NCBI GenBank assembly: GCA_001643675.2
Contig: LSRY02000027.1
Coordinates: forward strand, 62,001-126,000
Origin: Monocercomonoides exilis PA203
Lineage: Eukaryota > Protista > Preaxostyla
DNA length: 64,000 nucleotides
Direction: 5' to 3'
The notes under the pieces were generated by a model. It saw only the letters and a program-made list of their open reading frames with translations. It was not told where the DNA came from and made no database searches. Every line of letters starts with the position of its first letter. The stretch's first letter is position 1. Positions 61,940 through 64,000 of this stretch are shown in pieces. The translations under genes and the position numbers were made by a program.

Positions 61940-64000
61940 AGAACTTCATTCATTTTTCCGAATCGCGAAAATTCGACTGAATCACATCTATTTAGTTAGA
62001 ACTTTTTGGATTTTTCTTTAACTTTTCGAACCTTTCTTTAACTTTTTCGTGCCCAGTTGGGGAATTTTATTTTTTATGATGTGATCTTTCTTATTTTTGT
62101 TTTCCAGTTATTTCAATAGCACTTTGAAAATAAGAAGCGTGTTACAAAGAGAAGGTTTATATATCAGTTTGAAAACTTTCAAATTTACTTTTTTTTAAAA
62201 TATGTTCAATTTTGATTCTTCTTTTGAATATAACATATAAACCAGATATCCTGACACTGACTTCGACAATATTCAATATAAATTTGAATTGCCGTGTTTA
62301 TTTTTATGAAATTGATGAATTTATCGATTGAATTTAAACATTTGTTGAAAAAATATTCTTCTGAATGAAATTTTCAATTTTTGTTTGTTTGTTAGTTATT
62401 TAATAGCATATCAGTATTTTCTTTTATATTTTTTGTAAAAAAAAGTTAAAATAAAATTCAAGAACTCATTATTAAAAGCTTTCTGTTTAATTTTTGAAAA
62501 AGTTAAAAATTTGTGATGTGAAAAGGAAAAAACAATAAAAACTTAATGCTTTTCTTTGAGAAGAGCTTGCAACGGTGTTTGTGTTGGTTGTTGACTTAAG
62601 GCATTTGATAAAATTGTTGATGAAGAGGCAGAGGAACTGGGCGTTGAACGAAACAATCGAGTTGATTTCCACTGGTTAGGGATGTACCAGGAATGCTGAT
62701 CTCTTGTATCTTTTCTTTCTTTATTTGTCATTTCGCTCTCTTTTTCTATTTTTTTGTCTCTTTCCTCTTTTTCTTCCAATGAGACTTTCTTTTTCATTTC
62801 TTTCGTTATATTTTCTTGGATCTGAACGTCTTTTGGGTCTTGGGACTCATCCGAATCATCTGAAAAAGTAAAGTTATGGCATATAAATATATAAAAATGA
62901 ATAAATAACATGAAAAAGAACAATATGGGTTGAAAAATAAAAAACACACTATCTGCCTGAATAGGCAGAATTGTTAATCTTGGTGATGGAACTTGGCTCG
63001 GATTAAGTCTATTTTTCATTCTAACTCTGTATTGTTCATTTGCAATGTTCTTTGCCTTCTGTCTTTTCAAATACTCAATTGTCAGAGCATCTAAAAAACG
63101 TTGATTTGCATCCAGATCATGAGTAGTCAAAGGATTTTTCAAAATATGGTAATTTGTTAAACAACAGGCAACAATAAAATAATCTGCTATTCTTTCAGGC
63201 TCAAAAGGCCACTGCCTCCGGAAAACAGGAAATAGCGTCTTGAGCCTTCCAAAAAACCGTTCAACTATTACTCTTTTCGATGCCAATTCTTGAGTACCCA
63301 CAGGTTTAGTAATAATTGCATCAAGCTCTGGCTTTGCCCCGACATAGGCAGAGTCAGCCAGTATTTTCGAGCCTTTCAGTTGATCCTTAAAGAGCGGATA
63401 ATGCTCCTTAAACACTGTGAAATCATGAGTGGACCCTGTGTGAACAGAACTTATTGTGCAGGCTGTTCCAACAGCAGGGTTCACTCCGACTTCGACCTTC
63501 ACACAATAGATGTGGTGTTTGCCACTGTAGAATTTTTTGCCATTCATTAGACTACCTCCTGGCCTGTTTATTGGTAAAACGGTGCAATCCAGAACAATTG
63601 CAACATCATTCATATCGATTAAGCGATTCTCTCTGAATGTCAAAAATAAATGGGTAAGTGGCTCTTTGATATCGGAAACAATTGAATGAAGCAATTTGAC
63701 TGTTGAATTTTTTGTTTGATAGTAAGAAGATGCCAAAATATGAGTTAATGTTGTAGAGCCATCATGCAAAAAATTCATTAAAAGAAATAACTGATCTCTG
63801 AACTCGTTCACTGCTCTTTCCTTTCCTCTGTGGGGAGAAACCTCATCGCTAAGAAGTCGCACAAGGAGATCGAATTCAAACTGGGCAAAACTTGTTAGGT
63901 ATAAGGGTACGATATGGGAGTTTTCAAAACTCCTTAAAACATATTTATTTGTAATTCATATGGTCACTATTCATCATTATTCATGTTTATAATCATCGGA
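61940..64000 (-). mobile_element. Array unit 5: diverged DDE transposon, truncated by the window end
   Basis: Begins AGAACTTC after AGT at 61937-61939. Contains transposase copy 5. Confidence 0.75.
62543..63955 (-). pseudogene. DDE transposase, copy 5; N-terminus decayed (stops from 63956 upstream)
   Basis: VLDCT, LADSAY and IVERFFGRLK are intact. The conserved FFRLTGF reads PLYLTSF and is preceded by in-frame stops, so no full-length start. Confidence 0.75.

Noticed and set aside
51509-61950. Recurrent GTTCTAGTAGAAC motif as a CRISPR repeat or integron att site
   Set aside because: Spacing is 1-2.4 kb, the context is eukaryotic, and there is no cas or integrase gene. Abutting TIRs around a TSD explain the palindrome fully.

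Overview
AT-rich, intron-rich eukaryotic genomic DNA in the standard genetic code. Gene style (short AT-rich GT-AG introns, long poly-Ser tracts) resembles an oxymonad/Monocercomonoides-like protist, which is an inference. Positions 1-51.3 kb hold densely packed spliced genes: a divergent SET-domain protein, MUS81, a full-length helicase-containing Dicer, a bacterial-type HD hydrolase, RPSA, a degenerate RAD5/RAD16-like SNF2-RING protein, TRM9, RPA1, dihydropyrimidine dehydrogenase, an Ariadne RBR ligase and several hypothetical proteins. This part also has a 1.5-kb foldback element and a MITE. The most striking feature starts 8-10 bp upstream of a tRNA-Pro(AGG) gene (51430-51501, minus) and runs to the window end. 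It is a head-to-tail stack of at least six related DNA transposons: one non-autonomous element and five co-oriented copies encoding an IS5/PIF-Harbinger/ISL2EU-type DDE transposase. Each has short AGAAC..GTTCT-type inverted ends and is joined to the next by one shared 3-bp spacer (AGT). Copies further from the tRNA carry nonsense mutations. This suggests a site-specific, tRNA-promoter-targeting DNA transposon that accumulates as a chronological array. Exon boundaries were read by eye and are approximate.
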